This document shows, piece by piece, positions 61,745-64,000 of a DNA stretch of 64,000 bases; position 1 is the stretch's first letter, and the number at the start of each line of letters is the position of its first letter. The notes beneath the pieces were generated by a model. It saw only the letters and a program-made list of their open reading frames with translations. It was not told the origin of the DNA and did not search any database. A program made the translations under genes and the position numbers. Source of the stretch: Candidatus Cloacimonadales bacterium (GTDB lineage: Bacteria > Cloacimonadota > Cloacimonadia > Cloacimonadales > JAFGVF01); the NCBI GenBank assembly GCA_963663475.2, contig CAXXJV010000002.1, positions 32,001-96,000 on the forward strand, written 5' to 3'.

Positions 61745-62918
61745 TTATGATACTTCTTTCATTCAGAATCAAATCATTGATTTAAAAAAAATTGGAAATA
61801 TAGAAGCCCACTTTAATATTCATTTGAGTTATTGGAACTTGCTTAGATATCATAAAGGTAAAATTAATAATGTCATAAGTAATACTCAACAAGAATCTTT
61901 ATCTAATAGTGAGAAATCTGTGACTCTGCATTGGGGCTTACCAAAAAACTATCTTGTTGAACATGAACCTTGGTTTGTTGCACAGAGATTAATGAGAAAG
62001 TTTAAGAAAGGGAATTTTGATTTAATTCATGCACAGAATGGTTTTCCCTCTGGCTATGTTGCAATGTTATTAGCTATGAAGTGGGACATTCCTTACATGA
62101 TTACAAGTCATGGTATGGATACCTACAAATGTTTACCAAATTCTTATGAATTAGGGCAAGCATATCCCTTCTCAGCCAAGGTAGTAAGTTACTATAAAAA
62201 AGCATTAGTTAACGCAGATTGTGTTGCAGGGGTTTCTGAAGATTTTGCTGACTTTATGACATCAATATTTCCTGAGGTTAAAATTATAGCAACACCAAAT
62301 AGTTATAACTATAATTTATTTCGTAGGGTTGACTCTCAGAGCTTTAGACAAGAACTTAATATAAAAGAAGATGACTTCATAGTTTTATCTACTGGTTATT
62401 TTATTGAAAGAAAAGCCCACAAGGATATAATAAAAGCTATTTCTCAAGTAAATATAAGTAAGTTAAAGTTAGTTTTAATTGGTGGTGGACCTTTGGAAGA
62501 CCAACTAAAAAACCTAGCAGATGAGTTAGGAATACGAGATAAGTTAGTGTTGATTAATAATATACCTCAAAAATCATTGGTTAAGTGGTATAACATTGCC
62601 GATGTCTTTGTCTTTCCATCTCTCTACGAACCTTTTGGTTTAGGTTTAGTAGAAGCCATGGCTTGTGGAGTTCCTTCAATAGCAACTAATACATGGGGAC
62701 CAAATGAGATTATCGAAGAAAATGAAAATGGTTTCTTGGTTCACAAGAGTTCACCTGAAGAGATAGCTGACAAGATACAATACCTTTTTGACAACCCTAT
62801 CAAAAGAAAAGAAATGCAAGTAAATGCAGCTCATTCAGTACTTAAGAAATATGCTATGAGGAACCATGATCTCTTGAATATTTACCAAGGAATAATTACT
62901 AATTATGAGAAGAAATAA
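61722..62918 (+). CDS. Glycosyltransferase family 4 (TuaC-like)
   Basis: DLIHAQ, TSHG.D, FVFPSLYEPFGL..VEAMACG. Confidence 0.92.
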   Translation: MKVLYLNNYDTSFIQNQIIDLKKIGNIEAHFNIHLSYWNLLRYHKGKINNVISNTQQESLSNSEKSVTLHWGLPKNYLVEHEPWFVAQRLMRKFKKGNFDLIHAQNGFPSGYVAMLLAMKWDIPYMITSHGMDTYKCLPNSYELGQAYPFSAKVVSYYKKALVNADCVAGVSEDFADFMTSIFPEVKIIATPNSYNYNLFRRVDSQSFRQELNIKEDDFIVLSTGYFIERKAHKDIIKAISQVNISKLKLVLIGGGPLEDQLKNLADELGIRDKLVLINNIPQKSLVKWYNIADVFVFPSLYEPFGLGLVEAMACGVPSIATNTWGPNEIIEENENGFLVHKSSPEEIADKIQYLFDNPIKRKEMQVNAAHSVLKKYAMRNHDLLNIYQGIITNYEKK

Positions 62919-64000
62919 GAAGATTCTCATGCTTATAAACGAGTTCCCTCCCACTGGAGAGAGTGGTGTTCAGAGACCATTGAAATTCCTCAAATATTTA
63001 GCAAGAATGGATTATCAAACTTATGTGATAACTCCAAAGGAACCTGTCAAAGAAGTATTGGATGAAAGCTTACTTTCAGAAATACCAAACTCTACAAAAA
63101 TCTACAAAACTGAAAGCTGGGGAATTAAAGCTAAGAACTTAACAAAAATTGATCAGGTTAGATATCAAAGCACATCTAAGAAGAAAAGTATCAAATGGAA
63201 GATTCTAAAAACTATAAATGACTTCCTTTTTCCCATAGATAAGCAGATAGGATGGCTTCCTTTTGCTTACTCTAAAGCTGTTAAAACTATAAAAAAAGAG
63301 AAGATCAAAAATATCTATATTACTGCCTATCCCTTTTCTGCTTTTTTAATTGGACTTCTCTTAAAACTTAGATTTGGCAATAAAATCTTTTTCTTAGCTG
63401 ATTACCGTGATTCCTGGTCTTTTGAACCTCTTTTAGAAGAGAAAGTTAACAAATACAGACTAAATATTATGAGATCTTGTGATAAATTAGTTCTTAGACA
63501 TGCAGATCATATTGTTTCGGTTACCAAACCCATTTTAGATGAATATGTTTTGCATTATCCTAAAATTAAAAACAAAGTATCCTTGATTACTAATGGGTAT
63601 GACGAAGATGATTTTAATACCCTTAAAGCTAAATCTTATAAAAAAAGAACCATTCTATATATGGGAAAGTTTTATCAGTTCAAAGGCAACCCCATTGCTT
63701 TCCTAGATGCTTTATCTAAGTATAGAGAAGAGCATAAGGAAGACATAGAATTTGTACATATTGGTACTGGGTATCAAGAGTTATTTGATTATGTGAAAGA
63801 AAGAAATTATACTTTCTACAAGTATTTAGGTTATAAATCTCATCAAGAAGCGCTTGAGTATGCTTTAGGTGCTGATTATTTGCTCCTATGCATTAATGAT
63901 GACCCCAATTCAAAATATGTTTATTCAGGTAAGTTATTCGAATATATTAGACTGGGTAAACCAATAATTGGCTTGGTTCCCCTTGATGGTATTGTAAGTG
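62905..64000 (+). CDS. Glycosyltransferase family 4 (partial, runs off the window)
   Basis: ATG 62905: MRRNKKILMLINEFPPTGESGVQR.LKF; later DYRD.W, ITNGYD, SGKLFEY. Confidence 0.85.
   Translation, partial: MRRNKKILMLINEFPPTGESGVQRPLKFLKYLARMDYQTYVITPKEPVKEVLDESLLSEIPNSTKIYKTESWGIKAKNLTKIDQVRYQSTSKKKSIKWKILKTINDFLFPIDKQIGWLPFAYSKAVKTIKKEKIKNIYITAYPFSAFLIGLLLKLRFGNKIFFLADYRDSWSFEPLLEEKVNKYRLNIMRSCDKLVLRHADHIVSVTKPILDEYVLHYPKIKNKVSLITNGYDEDDFNTLKAKSYKKRTILYMGKFYQFKGNPIAFLDALSKYREEHKEDIEFVHIGTGYQELFDYVKERNYTFYKYLGYKSHQEALEYALGADYLLLCINDDPNSKYVYSGKLFEYIRLGKPIIGLVPLDGIVS

Overview
AT-rich bacterial chromosomal window, most likely Candidatus Cloacimonadota (inference from the kat-kce lysine-fermentation pair, several secreted proteins ending in an FlgD-Ig/T9SS-like 'YPNPFN...K' C-terminal domain, lpxH and hydG). 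It holds about 55 CDS: housekeeping genes (gmk, gcvH, hslO, yggS, ttcA, lpxH, malQ, mscS), amino-acid fermentation genes (thiolase, kat, kce), hydG with a TM1266-type regulator, secreted S8/M6 proteases and a deiminase, an ECF sigma/anti-sigma/PDZ module, two identical tandem tRNA-Phe(GAA) genes, and the start of a Wzx/Wzy polysaccharide locus. No transposase, CRISPR array or rRNA was seen. The intergenic DNA is rich in at least five families of short palindromic repeats, assembled into mosaics. These include a MITE-like family in about 18 copies that supplies stop codons to genes, and perfect 35-bp-arm palindromes with compensatory changes, one upstream of an orphan basic protein. Other highlights: a candidate metal-repressed porin/secreted protein/FMN-binding protein operon, an SD-sequestering terminator leader before TM1266-hydG, an IS1182-like miniature element in a duplicated terminator, a probable divergent RpoZ, a PlsY lacking catalytic motifs, and an ATT-initiated gene. 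All family assignments are by eye; no database searches were run.
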